Origin: Alphaproteobacteria bacterium
GTDB taxonomy: Bacteria > Pseudomonadota > Alphaproteobacteria > MPNO01 > UBA830
Length of the DNA: 64,000 bases
Direction: 5' to 3'
Assembly: GCA_964291215.2 (NCBI GenBank)
Contig: OZ219791.1
Location: forward strand, 3,072,001-3,136,000
Made by a program: the position numbers and the translations under genes. The notes beneath the pieces are model-generated. The model worked only from the letters and a program-made list of their open reading frames with translations. It was not told the DNA's origin and did no database searches. Positions 10,737 to 22,130 of the stretch are shown here, one piece after another; within the stretch, counting starts at the first letter, position 1, and each line of letters begins with the position of its first letter.

Positions 10737-11608
10737 CCAGAGGCGGAAAGAAGAAGCTTGCGGAGGCGGGCCGTTACGTAGTCCTTCTGTTCTGGCTTGC
10801 AATCGTCGCGTTTCCGATCTTCTGGGTCATCAGCACATCTTTCAAGCCGGACCATGAATGGTTCGCATGGCCACCGGTCTACTGGTCGGAGGAACCCACG
10901 CTCAAGAACTACCTCAATGTGTGGACCGACTATTCCGACTACGAGGACACCCAGTACATCAAGTCCCTCCAGAAGCCGTGGATCGCACTTCGCAACAGCT
11001 TGGTGATTTCGCTTACCTCCACCATTTTTGCGGTCGGATTCGGAGCGATCATCGCCTATGGGGTCTCGCGCTACCAGATCATTTCGGAAATGCGCATGTT
11101 CCAGCTCCTGATGCTGCGCATGGTCCCGCCCATCGTGATCGTCGCGCCGCTGTCGCTTTATTATGCGACGCTCGGCCTTCTCGATACCGTGGTCGGGCTG
11201 GTAGTGGTCTATTTCCTCACCACGCTCCCCTATGCGGTCTGGATGACAAAGAGTTTCATCGACGAGGTTCCGAGAGAAGTCGAACAGGCCGCCATGATTC
11301 TCGGCGCCAGCCGTTGGCGAACGATCTGGGAGGTCGTCCTGCCGCTGGTGCGTTCGGGGCTGGTCGCGACCTTCCTGTTCATACTGATCCTCACCTGGAG
11401 CGAGTATCTGCTTGCCCTGATCCTGTCGAAGACCGAGGTCGTCACGCTGCCGGTCGAGTTGAGCAAGTACGAGGGGTCGACGGAAGGACGCGTATACGGT
11501 CGCCAGGCGGCCCTCGCCGTGGGCGTCACGATCCCGCTCGTCATCATCGGGGTCTTCATCCGCAAGCACCTTGCGCGCGGTTTCAGCTTCGGAATGGTAA
11601 GAAGGTAG
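10733..11608 (+). CDS. Carbohydrate-type ABC permease
   Basis: TM segments; EQAAMILGASRWR loop; GTGA overlap with upstream gene. Confidence 0.9.
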   Translation: MTRGGKKKLAEAGRYVVLLFWLAIVAFPIFWVISTSFKPDHEWFAWPPVYWSEEPTLKNYLNVWTDYSDYEDTQYIKSLQKPWIALRNSLVISLTSTIFAVGFGAIIAYGVSRYQIISEMRMFQLLMLRMVPPIVIVAPLSLYYATLGLLDTVVGLVVVYFLTTLPYAVWMTKSFIDEVPREVEQAAMILGASRWRTIWEVVLPLVRSGLVATFLFILILTWSEYLLALILSKTEVVTLPVELSKYEGSTEGRVYGRQAALAVGVTIPLVIIGVFIRKHLARGFSFGMVRR

Positions 11609-11614
11609 CCGGTC

Positions 11615-12685
11615 ATGGCCCGCATAGAACTCAACAGCCTGCGCAAGGAATTCGGCCGTTCCGTGGTCGCGGTACGGGACCTCGAATTGACGATCGAGGA
11701 CGGCGAGTTCCTGGTCATGGTTGGCCCCTCAGGGTGCGGCAAGACCACCACGCTCCGCATGATCGCGGGTTTCGAAGATCCCACGGCGGGCGACATCCTC
11801 ATGAACGGCACGGTGGTCAACGATCTCGAACCCAGCGAGCGCGATCTCGGCATGGTGTTCCAGAGCCATGCGCTGTTTCCGCACAAGACGGTCGCCCAGA
11901 ACATCGAGTTCGGGCCGCGCATGCAGAAGATTGCAGTCGATGAGCGGCGGCGGCGGGTGCGCGAAGTCGCAGAAATGGTGCGCATCACCCATCTTCTGGA
12001 CAAGATGCCGGGACAGTGTTCAGGCGGCGAGTCGCAGCGCGTCGCGTTGGCGCGGACACTGATCAACCACCCGGACACCTTCCTGCTAGACGAGCCGCTT
12101 TCGAGCCTTGATGCGAAGCTGCGCCGCGAGATGCGCGCCGAGATCGACCGCCTGCACCAGGAACTGGGCAAGACTTTTGTCTATGTGACCCACGATCAGG
12201 AAGAGGCGATGACGCTCGCCGACCGCATCGTCGTGATGCGTGGCGGCGAGGTTGAACAGGTGGGCACGCCGCTCGAAATCTACAGCGACCCGGTCTCCTA
12301 CTTTGTTGCAGATTTCTTCGGCAGCCCGTCCATGAACCTCATTCCGGGAACCCTGCGAAGGGACGGGGATCGCGCGGTCTTCGAAGGCCAGCGGATCTCG
12401 CTGACGCTCCCGGAAGGGTTTGCCGGGCTGGAGCCGGGTGACGTGACCGTCGGCATCCGCCCCGAACATCTCTCTGTCGGAGGGTCGGGAGAACTGAGCC
12501 AGAAGATCCATCTTGTCGAGCCCCTGGGCAAGGACACGCTGCTCTACTTCGATTATGGTGGCGAGCAGGATCTGATCGCTGTCGTCAACGGTGTCTCGGC
12601 CCATCGGACGAACACCGAGGTCGCAATCGGCTTCACCCCCGACCATCTCTTTCTGTTCGGCGCGGACGGGCGTCGCATTCGCTGA
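11615..12685 (+). CDS. ABC transporter ATP-binding protein (MalK-like)
   Basis: GPSGCGKTT, CSGGESQR, LLDEPLSSLD, VTHDQEEA, C-terminal GIRPEH. Confidence 0.93.
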   Translation: MARIELNSLRKEFGRSVVAVRDLELTIEDGEFLVMVGPSGCGKTTTLRMIAGFEDPTAGDILMNGTVVNDLEPSERDLGMVFQSHALFPHKTVAQNIEFGPRMQKIAVDERRRRVREVAEMVRITHLLDKMPGQCSGGESQRVALARTLINHPDTFLLDEPLSSLDAKLRREMRAEIDRLHQELGKTFVYVTHDQEEAMTLADRIVVMRGGEVEQVGTPLEIYSDPVSYFVADFFGSPSMNLIPGTLRRDGDRAVFEGQRISLTLPEGFAGLEPGDVTVGIRPEHLSVGGSGELSQKIHLVEPLGKDTLLYFDYGGEQDLIAVVNGVSAHRTNTEVAIGFTPDHLFLFGADGRRIR

Positions 12686-12839
12686 TTCCCGCCGCTCCGC
12701 GAATGGCGGACAATCCTGCCCATCCGTTGGCCCGGCGTAGCAAATCATGCCTCGGGCCGAACAGCCGGCACGCCGGTGCCAGTATTGATCACCATGTCCG
12801 GAGCTGTAGGATCGGGGCGAACCGCACGGGCCTTACGCG

Positions 12840-13655
12840 ATGACACCCTTGCCCGGCCGCGAAGACGCGGCCTTCTACCGCGAGCACGGATATCTGGCGC
12901 CGTTCGACGGAGTCGATCCGGCCGACGCAGGGGCGATGTGCCGCGATCTTGAGCGTTTTCGCCGCAAGACCGGCATGTCGGCCGGCGACGTCAACATGAA
13001 GGCGCATCTGTGCTTCCGCCGGTCCTACGAGTTCTGCTTCGAGCCGCGGATCCTGGATGTCGTTGAGGTGCTGATCGGTGCCGACATTCTGGCCTTCGCC
13101 GCGCGTTTCTGGATCAAGGGCGGCAATGACGGCGCCTACGTGTCCTGGCACCAGGATTCGGCATATTTCGGGCTCGATCCCCATGAGCTTGTTACCGTCT
13201 GGCTCGCGCTTACCGACAGCAATAGCGCCAACGGCTGCGTGCGTGTTCTTCCGGGCACACACCGTGGCGAGTCCCATTCCCATGTCGAGACCTTCGACGA
13301 GGACAACCTCCTGGCGCGCGGCCAATCGATCGAGGGAATCGACGACTCCGGCGCGGTGGACCTCGAGCTTCGCGCTGGCCAGTTTTCTTGCCATCACGAG
13401 CGCATAGTCCACGGCTCGCTGCCCAACGCCACCGACTCCTCGAGAATCGGGCTCGCGATCTTCTACATCCCGGCCCATGTGAGATCGGTCATCGGGCGAC
13501 GCACGGCCTTCCTTGCCCGGGGCGAGGACCGCCACGGACACTGGGATACCGATCCGGCGCCCCGGGGCGGCATCGATCTCGCGATGCTCGAGCATGTCAG
13601 GTCCGCGAGCGCGCGCTACACCGACCCGAAATACGTCCAGGAAGCCGGCGCGTGA
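12840..13655 (+). CDS. Phytanoyl-CoA dioxygenase-family Fe(II)/2OG oxygenase
   Basis: WHQDSAY, VWLALTD, NGCVRVLPGTH, VHGSLPN..R. Confidence 0.9.
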   Translation: MTPLPGREDAAFYREHGYLAPFDGVDPADAGAMCRDLERFRRKTGMSAGDVNMKAHLCFRRSYEFCFEPRILDVVEVLIGADILAFAARFWIKGGNDGAYVSWHQDSAYFGLDPHELVTVWLALTDSNSANGCVRVLPGTHRGESHSHVETFDEDNLLARGQSIEGIDDSGAVDLELRAGQFSCHHERIVHGSLPNATDSSRIGLAIFYIPAHVRSVIGRRTAFLARGEDRHGHWDTDPAPRGGIDLAMLEHVRSASARYTDPKYVQEAGA

Positions 13656-13800
13656 CGGCATGTCGAGGCCCGCCGCGCGGTACAGCGGCAGGGCGGCGTA
13701 CGGGTTCGATTCTTGCCCGGGGCGCGCGTTTGCGCTAGCCTCGGAAAATCTTCGCTTCAGGGCCTGAACGGCCTTTCCATCAGAGAAGAAAGGCGTTCCC

Positions 13801-16551
13801 TTGGCAAACGGTCAGGCGCTGGAGTCGCCTCCGAATCCGGACATCGAACTGGTCTCGATCGAAGACGAGATGCGGAAGTCCTATCTCGATTACGCGATGA
13901 GCGTGATTGTGAGCAGGGCGCTGCCCGACATCCGCGACGGTCTCAAGCCGGTTCACCGGCGCATCCTCCACGCCATGAACGAGCTGAACTACGACTGGAA
14001 CCGGCCGTACAGGAAGTCGGCCCGCGTCGTCGGCGACGTGATGGGCCGCTACCATCCCCATGGCGACCAGGCGATCTACGACGCCATGGTCCGCATGGCC
14101 CAGGACTTCTCGATGCGCCTGCCGCTGATCGACGGTCAGGGCAATTTCGGCTCGATGGACGGCGATCCGCCGGCTGCGATGCGCTACACCGAGGTGCGGC
14201 TTCTTCGCGTCGCCCGGGAACTTCTCGACGACATCGACGAGGACACCGTCGATTTCCAGCCCAATTACGACGAGACGGCGAAGGAGCCGGTGGTTCTTCC
14301 CGCGAAGTTTCCGAACCTGCTGGTAAACGGCGCTGGCGGCATAGCCGTCGGGATGGCGACCAACATTCCGCCCCACAACCTGGGCGAGATCATCGACGCC
14401 TGCCGCGCGATGATCGACAACCCCGATATCACGCTTGCGGAGCTGGCCAAGATCGTACCGGGCCCGGATTTTCCGACCGGAGGCATCATCATGGGGCGTG
14501 CGGGAATCCTCGAGGCCTATCACGGCGGCCGTGGCTCGGTGGTCATGCGCGGCCGCGCCGCGATCGAGGAGCGCGCCCAACGCCGCGAGGCCATTATCGT
14601 CACTGAAGTCCCTTATCAGGTGAACAAGGCGAGAATGATTGAGCGCATCGCCGAGCTCGTGCGCGACAAGAGGGTCGAGGGCATATCCGACCTGCGCGAC
14701 GAATCGGACCGCGACGGCGTCCGCGTCGTCATCGAGCTCAGGCGCGACGCTGCGGCCGAGGTCGTGCTCAACCAGCTCTACCGCTACTCGCCGTTGCAGA
14801 CCAGCTTTGGCGTCAACATGCTGGCGCTCGACGGTGGGCGGCCCGTGCAACTCGGCCTCCGCCGCATTCTCGACGCCTTTCTCGCGTTCCGTGAGGACGT
14901 GATCCGGCGCCGCACCGCCCACCGGCTGGGCAAGGCGCGCGACCGTGCCCATGTCTTGGTCGGGCTGGCGATTGCGGTGGCCAATATCGACGCCGTGATA
15001 GCCATCATTCGCGGCGCCGGTGATCCCGGCGAGGCGCGCGAGAAGCTGATGGCCGAGACTTGGGCGGCTGGCGATGTCGAATCGCTGATCGCGCTGATCG
15101 ACGATCCTTCACACCGGGTCGTCGACGGGCGGTACCGGCTGTCGGAGGCGCAGGCGCGGGCCATCCTCGAGTTGCGCCTGCAGCGCCTGACGGGCCTCGA
15201 GCGCGAGAAGATAGCAGAGGAACTTGGCCAACTCGCGGATGAGATCAGGGAGTTCCTGTCGATTTTGGGTTCCCGGGAGCGCGTCCGAGCGATCGTCCGC
15301 GAAGAGCTTGTGGCGGTGCGCGAACGGTTTGCGACGCCGCGTCTGACGACGATAGAGGACGCCGGTTTCGACACCGACATCGAGGACCTGATCCAGCGCG
15401 AGGACATGGTCGTCACGGTAAGCCATGCCGGCTACATCAAGCGGGTGCCGCTCTCGCGCTACCGGGCGCAGCGCCGCGGTGGCAAGGGCCGGGCGGGCAT
15501 GTCCACCCGCGACGAGGATTTCGTCACCCAGGTATCGGTCTGCAACACCCACACGCTCGTGCTGTTCTTCTCGACGCGTGGAATTGTCTATCAGATGAAG
15601 GTCTACCGGCTGCCGGAGGGCAATCCGCAGGCGCGGGGCAAGGCGCTGGTCAACCTGCTGCCGCTGGAGAAGGGCGAGACTATCGCAACCGTGATGCCGA
15701 AGCCCGAGGATGCGGACGAGGACAGGCTGTTCATGGTGTTCGCGACGGAAAGCGGGCAGGTGCGCCGCAACCGGCTGTCGGATTTCGCGAGGATCATGGC
15801 CCGGGGCAAGATCGCAATGAAGCTCGACCAGGGCGACCGGCTGATCGGAGTGCGCATCTGCGGCGAGGACCAGGACGTGATGCTCGCTGCCAGCAGCGGC
15901 AAGTGCATCCGCTTCCCCGTTGCCGATGTGCGCGTCTTCAGCGGCCGCGAGTCGACCGGCGTGCGCGGCATCAGGCTGGGCGCCGGCGACCACGTGGTCT
16001 CGATGACGATTCTGGATCATATCGAACTCGATACCGAGGTGCGGGCGAGCTATCTCCGCATGTCGAAGTCGGAACGCCGCGCGGACGGCAAGAACGGAGA
16101 TTCTGGCAACGGCAACGGGGATCCGGAAGGCGGAGAACAGGCATCGGCGGTCGCGCTCGACGCAGAAACCTTCGCGCGCCTCGGGGCTTCGGAACAGTTC
16201 ATACTGACCGTTACAGAGAACGGCTTCGGAAAGCGGACCTCAGCCTATGAGTACCGGATCACACGGCGCGGCGGCCAAGGCGTCACGGACATCGTCACCG
16301 AAGGGCGGAACGGCGCGGTCGTCGCCTCGTTTCCCGCCGCCGAGGCAGACCAGATAATGCTGGTAACCGACGGCGGGCAGATCATCCGCAGCCCGGTCGG
16401 CGATATCCGGATTGCGGGCCGCGGAACGCAGGGCGTGACGCTCTTCGACACGTCGGAGAGCCAGAAGGTCGTTTCCGTGGCACACATGGACGACAGCGGA
16501 GAGGCTGAAGAATCCGGCACCGAGGAAGCGGGCGGGCCAGGCCAGGCGTAG
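13801..16551 (+). CDS. gyrA: DNA gyrase subunit A
   Basis: [40 protein letters not shown] catalytic Tyr, GyrA box QRRGGKG, CTD blades. Confidence 0.98.
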   Translation: MANGQALESPPNPDIELVSIEDEMRKSYLDYAMSVIVSRALPDIRDGLKPVHRRILHAMNELNYDWNRPYRKSARVVGDVMGRYHPHGDQAIYDAMVRMAQDFSMRLPLIDGQGNFGSMDGDPPAAMRYTEVRLLRVARELLDDIDEDTVDFQPNYDETAKEPVVLPAKFPNLLVNGAGGIAVGMATNIPPHNLGEIIDACRAMIDNPDITLAELAKIVPGPDFPTGGIIMGRAGILEAYHGGRGSVVMRGRAAIEERAQRREAIIVTEVPYQVNKARMIERIAELVRDKRVEGISDLRDESDRDGVRVVIELRRDAAAEVVLNQLYRYSPLQTSFGVNMLALDGGRPVQLGLRRILDAFLAFREDVIRRRTAHRLGKARDRAHVLVGLAIAVANIDAVIAIIRGAGDPGEAREKLMAETWAAGDVESLIALIDDPSHRVVDGRYRLSEAQARAILELRLQRLTGLEREKIAEELGQLADEIREFLSILGSRERVRAIVREELVAVRERFATPRLTTIEDAGFDTDIEDLIQREDMVVTVSHAGYIKRVPLSRYRAQRRGGKGRAGMSTRDEDFVTQVSVCNTHTLVLFFSTRGIVYQMKVYRLPEGNPQARGKALVNLLPLEKGETIATVMPKPEDADEDRLFMVFATESGQVRRNRLSDFARIMARGKIAMKLDQGDRLIGVRICGEDQDVMLAASSGKCIRFPVADVRVFSGRESTGVRGIRLGAGDHVVSMTILDHIELDTEVRASYLRMSKSERRADGKNGDSGNGNGDPEGGEQASAVALDAETFARLGASEQFILTVTENGFGKRTSAYEYRITRRGGQGVTDIVTEGRNGAVVASFPAAEADQIMLVTDGGQIIRSPVGDIRIAGRGTQGVTLFDTSESQKVVSVAHMDDSGEAEESGTEEAGGPGQA

Positions 16552-16577
16552 CGCCACGGCGTCGCCGGAGCGGGAAG

Positions 16578-17084
16578 ATGGTTGAAGAGAAGACAGGAAT
16601 ATATCCCGGAACCTTCGATCCGATTACCAACGGGCATGTGGACATCATCTGTCGGGCCGCGAAGCTGTTCGACAGGCTGATAGTTGCCATTGCAGTGAAT
16701 ACCGGCAAGCAGCCGATCTTCACTGCGGGCGAGCGCAGGGATCTCGTCCGCCAGGAAATCGATCTGGCGGGCGGCGACTGCGCGGACCGGGTCGAAGTGA
16801 TGGAGGTCGACGGCCTGCTCATCGAGTTCGCGCGCTCCGTCGGCGCCGGTTTTATCGTGCGCGGGCTGAGGGCGGTGTCGGACTTCGACTACGAATTCCA
16901 GCTTGCGAGCATGAATGCGAAAATGGCATCCGAGATTGAGACGGTGTGCCTGATGGCCTCCGACAAGAATCAGTTCATTGCCTCAAGCCTCGTGAAGGAA
17001 ATCGCGCGGCTGAACGGGGACGTCACGCCGTTCGTGTCGCCGCGCATTTCAAGAAGCCTGGTGGAGAAACTCGCGTCGAAATAG
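16578..17084 (+). CDS. coaD: Phosphopantetheine adenylyltransferase
   Basis: IYPGTFDPITNGHVDII, VRGLRAVSDFDYE, IASSLVKEIA; gyrA-coaD synteny. Confidence 0.97.
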   Translation: MVEEKTGIYPGTFDPITNGHVDIICRAAKLFDRLIVAIAVNTGKQPIFTAGERRDLVRQEIDLAGGDCADRVEVMEVDGLLIEFARSVGAGFIVRGLRAVSDFDYEFQLASMNAKMASEIETVCLMASDKNQFIASSLVKEIARLNGDVTPFVSPRISRSLVEKLASK

Positions 17085-17192
17085 CAGCGCTGCAGCAGGA
17101 TGGGGGGGTACGGCACCGCTTGACCGTCCCGCAGCGCGTTCCTATGTTGGATTGTCCTTGGTCGGCAGCGTCGCCGAGCCCTTGGACATACC

Positions 17193-17268
17193 GCGCCCAT
17201 AGCTCAGGTGGTAGAGCAACTGACTTTTAATCAGTGGGTCCCAGGTTCGAGTCCTGGTGGGCGCACCA
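17193..17268 (+). tRNA. tRNA-Lys (anticodon TTT)
   Basis: 76 nt: GCGCCCA/TGGGCGC acceptor stem, AGCTCAGGTGGTAGAGC D-arm, CTGA-CTTTTAA-TCAG anticodon arm, GGTTCGAGTCC T-arm, CCA end. Confidence 0.97.
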
Positions 17269-17281
17269 GATTGGTTTTCGC

Positions 17282-17313
17282 CGCGCCGGTGGCCGGATTC
17301 GGCCACCGGCGCG
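17282..17313. terminator. Perfect 14-bp GC hairpin between convergent tRNA-Lys and tctC-like gene
   Basis: CGCGCCGGTGGCCG-GATT-CGGCCACCGGCGCG; no clear U-tail. Confidence 0.45.
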
Positions 17314-17322
17314 AGCTGGCCC

Positions 17323-18351
17323 CTACTTGAAGCCGAATACGCTCTTCAGCTTGGAGATGGTGGCGGGCGGGGTCTTGTACGCGTTGGCCACCATGACCTG
17401 AATGTCCTCGCCGGACACCGGGTTGACGGGCGCCTTGCGCTTCTTGGCATCGGCAAGGAAAGCCGGATCCTTGCACATGTCGAGGAACGCCTTGCGGAGC
17501 GCAGCCACGCGGTCCTTCGGAACGCCCGGCGCGATCCAGAATCCCATGCCGAGACGCGGTGCGGTCTCAAGGAACGTCACCATGTCCTTGTGCTCTTGGG
17601 TCTTGGCTACGCTCTGCATCGACGGCAGGTTGGGAAGTTCGGGGATCTTGCCGCCATAACTCACGATGTGGCGAAGCTTGTTTTCGGAAAGCCACTGGGG
17701 CTTGCCGGCGGTCCAGCCGGACCAGTAGTTCATGCGCCCGTGGACCTCGCCGGATTCGATCGCCTTGTTGATCTGGGCGCCGCCCTTGTAGCCCTTGACG
17801 ACCTTGAACTTGGTACCGGCGATGTGGTTGAGCAGGGTCGGGGCCATGAAGGTCTCCGAACCGAGACCGGTGGAGCCCACGATGGCTTCCTTCTTCTGTG
17901 CGCTGGCGAGATCGGAAACCGGCGCGGTATGCCAGACCGAGATGACCGCTGGCCGGGGCGTGATCGATCCCAACCACTGGAACTTCGAAGGATCGAACTT
18001 CAGCGTCCGGAGAAGCGGAGCAATGGCCGACGGCGCAAGGACTTCGGCGATGAAGGTACCGTCCTTGGGCGCTGCATTATAGGCATATGCGGCGCCCTTC
18101 GTCCCGCCGCCGCCCGGCCGGGACTGGATGATGACTTCCGGATTGCCCGGAATGTGCCGGCCGAGATGTTCGACCGTCAGGCGCCCGTACAGGCCGAGAG
18201 TGGCGCCGAGGCTTGACGGCACCATGACCGTGACCGTCTTGCCCTTGTAGAAGTCGGCGACTGTGTCTGCGCTGGCCGGTGCGGCAATTCCGATCGCTGC
18301 GGCCGCGAGAACAGACGCCAGGAAAGGATGGCAACTCTTGATCATACCCAT
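17323..18351 (-). CDS. Tripartite tricarboxylate transporter substrate-binding protein (Bug/TctC family)
   Basis: Signal peptide, ADFYKGKTV, HIPGNP, PGGGG..GAAYAYNAAPKDG, GYKGGAQINKAIESGEV. Confidence 0.88.
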   Translation of the reverse strand: MGMIKSCHPFLASVLAAAAIGIAAPASADTVADFYKGKTVTVMVPSSLGATLGLYGRLTVEHLGRHIPGNPEVIIQSRPGGGGTKGAAYAYNAAPKDGTFIAEVLAPSAIAPLLRTLKFDPSKFQWLGSITPRPAVISVWHTAPVSDLASAQKKEAIVGSTGLGSETFMAPTLLNHIAGTKFKVVKGYKGGAQINKAIESGEVHGRMNYWSGWTAGKPQWLSENKLRHIVSYGGKIPELPNLPSMQSVAKTQEHKDMVTFLETAPRLGMGFWIAPGVPKDRVAALRKAFLDMCKDPAFLADAKKRKAPVNPVSGEDIQVMVANAYKTPPATISKLKSVFGFK

Positions 18352-18510
18352 CGTCCTCCAGTAGGTTCATGTCAATGCTAGCACAACGGACAACGGACGG
18401 CGAAACCTTCAGGCTGCTGGCCGAGTCTTGCCGAATACGATGCCGGTTTTCATGATACGGGGCGGCCGACCCGCCCGGCAATGGACGTTTGTCACGGCAG
18501 CGCGATGGCG

Positions 18511-20022
18511 AGGGCGTTGTGCGGGACCGCTCCGCCCCCGCCAGAGGCGGGCAGTGTTGTGTGCACGTCACCCTCGGGAGCGGTCTCATGCCAGTGTCGC
18601 AGCCTGCGCTGTCTTCGTCCATCGATCTGTCGGGCTTGCCGGCTCGGGTTCTTGAGGCGCTGACGGGGTTGACGGCCGTGTGCCGTGCGGCGCTTGCTCT
18701 GGAGCCCTGTCCGGCGGCGTTCGAGGAGGTGGAACGGCGTGTTCGGGAGGACGTGAACGCGCTGGGCTGCGCGGTGCTGGGGTCGAGCGCCTCGACGACG
18801 GGGCGGGTCGAACAGGCCGGACAGCGGTGGTTCCGGGTGCCGGCGACGCCGAAGACGATCATGAGCGCGCTCGGCCCGCTGACCTACAGACGGGCGCGTT
18901 ATCGTAACGGCGTGGGCGGCCTCTCGTTCGTGCCGGTGGACGAGAGGTTGGGGCTGGTGAACGACTGGCTGACGCGCGCGGCTCGGGCTGATGATGATGG
19001 GCCACGGCGCGGGAAGCGGAGACGTTCTTCTCGGAGATGGGCGCCATGAGGCCAGCCTGCGAAGGCGGAGGGCGAGCAGCTTGCAGCGGCTCGCCCGGAC
19101 CATGCATGAGCGCTGGGAAGGCCTCGGACCGCAGGCGCTGGAGAGTATCCGCGACAGGGAGGACATCCCACCCGAGGCGGTCAGTCCCTCCGTGTCGCTT
19201 GACGGCGTCATGGTGGCGCTGCGCGCCGGCGAGGACGGGCGCGGCGAGGCCTGCTGGCGCGAGGTCGCCTGCGGCACGGTCTCCTTCCATGACGGGGAAG
19301 GAGAACGGCTCAGGACCCTCTATCTCGCCCGTATGCCCGAGAGCGACAAGCACACGCTGAAGGCCCAGCTCGCAAGCGAGGTCGCCCATATCCGCCGCGC
19401 GCGCCCCGATATCGCGGTCGTTGCCCTACCCCTGCGAAGGCGGGGGGGCGCCCCCGACAACTGGACCTTCCTGGAGAGCATCTCGCCCGAGGCGCAGGCC
19501 GTCGACTTCTGGCACAGCTGCGAGCATCTCCGCACAGCCTCCGACCATGCCGTCGATCCCAACTGGTTCGAGACTTGCCGCCATACCCTGCGACACGACC
19601 CGCACGGCAGCGCCAGGGTCATAAGGGCGCTGTGCTATCTCCGCGACAAGGCAGGCGGCGACCGCGCCGCGCGCACCGCCATCGAGCGCGAACTCGTCTT
19701 CTTCCGCAAGCACCGCAAGCGCATGCGATACCGCCACCTCAGCGACCGGGGCATCGCCATCGGCTCCGGTGTCGTCGAGGCCGCAAACAAAACGCTCGTC
19801 ACACAGAGAATGAAGCGGTCCGGCATGCGATGGCGCATCGTCGGCGGCCAAATCGTCCTCACCGTTCGCGCCCTCATCAAGATCCGGCCGTTTCGACCGC
19901 GCTTGGGCAACCCTCATGGGCGGTGTCGATACCCCCGCCAACGAAAAGAACTGCCCCGCCAAGCGCGCAACATGAAACGGATCAGACGATCGAGCCCGAC
20001 AGCGCTATGCCATACTCACGCC
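18511..20022 (+). mobile_element. ISKra4-family (Mutator-like) IS, frameshifted transposase
   Basis: VSLDGVMV, WREVACGTV, DFWHSCEHL, IGSGVVEAANKTLVTQRMKRSGMRW; ends GGGCGTT.. / ..ACTCACGCC (left end approximate). Confidence 0.75.
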
Positions 20023-22070
20023 TCAGGAAAAATGAATTCCAGTTCGTTCACACCCGAATCGTACAGAATCACACTCCAATCTTCACCACTTTCAAGCGTA
20101 ATCTTCACCCCTCCTACATCCTCATGGCCGGGACACGTAATGTTTATGGCCGTGATGTTCAATTCATGGCGGTAAACGTCTGTAAATTCGATCTTGTCAC
20201 CTTCCTTTCTGTTGAAATCAATGATTACGTCGTCCCCGCTTCCTTTTGAGAACAAGAAGGTATCCGCCCCAGTGCCGCCCGTCAGGATGTCGTCGCCGCC
20301 ACCGCCCGTCAGGGTGTCGTCGCCGGCCATGCCGTAGAGGTAGTCATTGCCGTCACCGCCGTAAAGCCTGTCGTTGCCGGTATCCCCGATCAGCCAGTCG
20401 ATGTCGTCGTTGCCCTTCAGGGTGTCGTCGCCGTCACCGCCGTAGAGCCGGTCGCCGCCGTCACCGCCGTTGAGGGTGTCGTCGCCGGCCTCGCCGTAGA
20501 GCCAGTCGCCGCCGTCACCGCCGTTGAGGGTGTCGTCGCCGGCCTTGCCGTAGAGGCATTCGTCGCCGTCACCGCCGTTGAGGGTGTCGTCGCCTCTGGT
20601 GCCTTTGATGGTGATGGTGCAGTCGAGAGGGTTGCCGCCGTCGTTGTCGCAGTCGAGGGTGTTGCCGCCGTCGTTGTCGAGGGGGTTGCCGCCGTCGTTG
20701 TCGTTGTCGAGGGGGTTGCCGCCATCGTTGTCGTTGTCGAGGGGGTTGCCGCCATCGTTGTCGTCGTCGCTCGTACTGGCGCCGTAAGCGACCTTTTCGT
20801 GATCGCCACCGCCAGCAGGCAGGATGAAGTCGTCCGCATCCAGACTGTCCGCCGACACGCCCGACAGGGTGATCGTGTCAGCTCCACCGCCATAGTGGAT
20901 GACCGTGTCAGACCCCTCCTGATCAATTCGGAGCGCCGTGAACCCGCCGGCCACGCCGTCTAGGTGAATCTTGTCGCCGGCCCCGAAGTCGGTAATGGTG
21001 TCGGCGCCGTCTCCCGCCTCGAACACGAAGGTATCGGCGCCGCGGCCGCCCCCCAGCGTGTCATCGCCCGCGCCGCCGCGCAGGGTGTCGGCACCCTTGG
21101 CGCCGCGCAGCGTGTCGTCGCCCGCGCCGCCGTCCAGCGTGTCGTTGCCCTTGCCGCCCCCCAGCGTATCGTCGCCAGCCCCGCCGGTCAGCGTGTCGGC
21201 GCCCAGGCCGCCATAGAGGAGGTCGTCGCCGGCCCCGCCGGTCAGCGTGTCGGCGCCCCCGTAGCCACGCAGGGTGTCGTCGCCGGCCCCGCCGGTGAGC
21301 GTGTCCGCGTCCTTGCTACCCTTCAGCACCTCGCCGCCAGAAGGCCCGCCGCTCGAGGCGTCGCCGGACGTGCCCTCCGGCGGCGCGCCCTGTGCAAGAG
21401 CGTCCTCGCCGCCGCCCTCCGGCGGGGCTGCCTCGACGGGAAGGAACCGGAAGTCGTCCGCGCCAAGGGAGGCCGCCGTCACGCCCTCCAGCTTGATCGT
21501 GTCGCCGTCGCCGTAGCGGATGACGGTATAGAAGCCCTTCTGCTCGATCACCAGATCCCCGAAACCGCCGGACACCCCGGCAATCTCGATGATGTCGCCA
21601 GCCTCGAAATCGCCGATGTAGTCGGCCCCGTCGCCGACCGCGAACGCAAAGACGTCATGGCCACTGCCGCCATAGAGCGAGTCCGTGCCCCGGCCGCCGG
21701 TCAGCCTGTCGGCGCCCCGGCCGCCTTCCAGACGGTCGTTGCCCGCACCGCCATCCACCGTGTCGTCACCGTCGCCGCCATAGAGCGTGTCGTTGCCCGT
21801 GCCGCCGTCCAGCGTGTCATCGCCCGCGCCGCCGTCTAGCACATCGTTGCCAGCACCGCCGTCCAGCGTGTCATCGTCCGAGCTGCCGGGGTTCATGAGG
21901 AGAAAGTCCGCGTCGGCTCCCGGGCTTGCGGTTCCGCCCGTCAGCGTGTCGTCGCCGTCGCCGCCCGTCAGGATGTCGTCGCCGAGGCCGCCCTTCAGGA
22001 TGTCATTGCCGAGGCCACCCGTCAGGATGTTGTCGCCAGTACCGCCGGTCCGGGAAATATCTTGTGTCAT
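20016..22070 (-). CDS. RTX/hemolysin-type calcium-binding secreted protein
   Basis: Dozens of GGxGxDxLx nonapeptides in three blocks each closed by D.F.F..GDG.D.I.DF; intact 684-aa ORF; SD GAGGAG upstream. Confidence 0.9.
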   Translation of the reverse strand: MTQDISRTGGTGDNILTGGLGNDILKGGLGDDILTGGDGDDTLTGGTASPGADADFLLMNPGSSDDDTLDGGAGNDVLDGGAGDDTLDGGTGNDTLYGGDGDDTVDGGAGNDRLEGGRGADRLTGGRGTDSLYGGSGHDVFAFAVGDGADYIGDFEAGDIIEIAGVSGGFGDLVIEQKGFYTVIRYGDGDTIKLEGVTAASLGADDFRFLPVEAAPPEGGGEDALAQGAPPEGTSGDASSGGPSGGEVLKGSKDADTLTGGAGDDTLRGYGGADTLTGGAGDDLLYGGLGADTLTGGAGDDTLGGGKGNDTLDGGAGDDTLRGAKGADTLRGGAGDDTLGGGRGADTFVFEAGDGADTITDFGAGDKIHLDGVAGGFTALRIDQEGSDTVIHYGGGADTITLSGVSADSLDADDFILPAGGGDHEKVAYGASTSDDDNDGGNPLDNDNDGGNPLDNDNDGGNPLDNDGGNTLDCDNDGGNPLDCTITIKGTRGDDTLNGGDGDECLYGKAGDDTLNGGDGGDWLYGEAGDDTLNGGDGGDRLYGGDGDDTLKGNDDIDWLIGDTGNDRLYGGDGNDYLYGMAGDDTLTGGGGDDILTGGTGADTFLFSKGSGDDVIIDFNRKEGDKIEFTDVYRHELNITAINITCPGHEDVGGVKITLESGEDWSVILYDSGVNELEFIFPEA
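20622..20768 (-). repeat. Tandem ~24-30 nt coding repeats (DNDNDGGNPL-like) inside RTX gene
   Basis: About five imperfect units of GTCGTTGTCGAGGGGGTTGCCGCC(A/G)TCGTT on + strand. Confidence 0.85.
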
Positions 22071-22130
22071 CGCACTCTCTCCTCAACGTATGGGTTCATG
22101 GCAGAGCATGAAGGCATTCCGCGCCGAAAT

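Noticed and set aside
12840-13655. Fe/2OG halogenase
   Set aside because: Has HQD, not the HxA/G of halogenases.
14041-14100. GyrA Gln at the E. coli Ser83 position as acquired quinolone resistance
   Set aside because: Non-Ser residues here are common in alphaproteobacteria; Asp87 is retained.
17193-17268. tRNA-Lys as integration site of the island
   Set aside because: No adjacent integrase, no duplicated tRNA 3' end noticed, and a host-type tctC gene follows.
20622-20768. CRISPR-like array
   Set aside because: Repeats are contiguous, in-frame coding, without unique spacers; no cas genes seen in the window.
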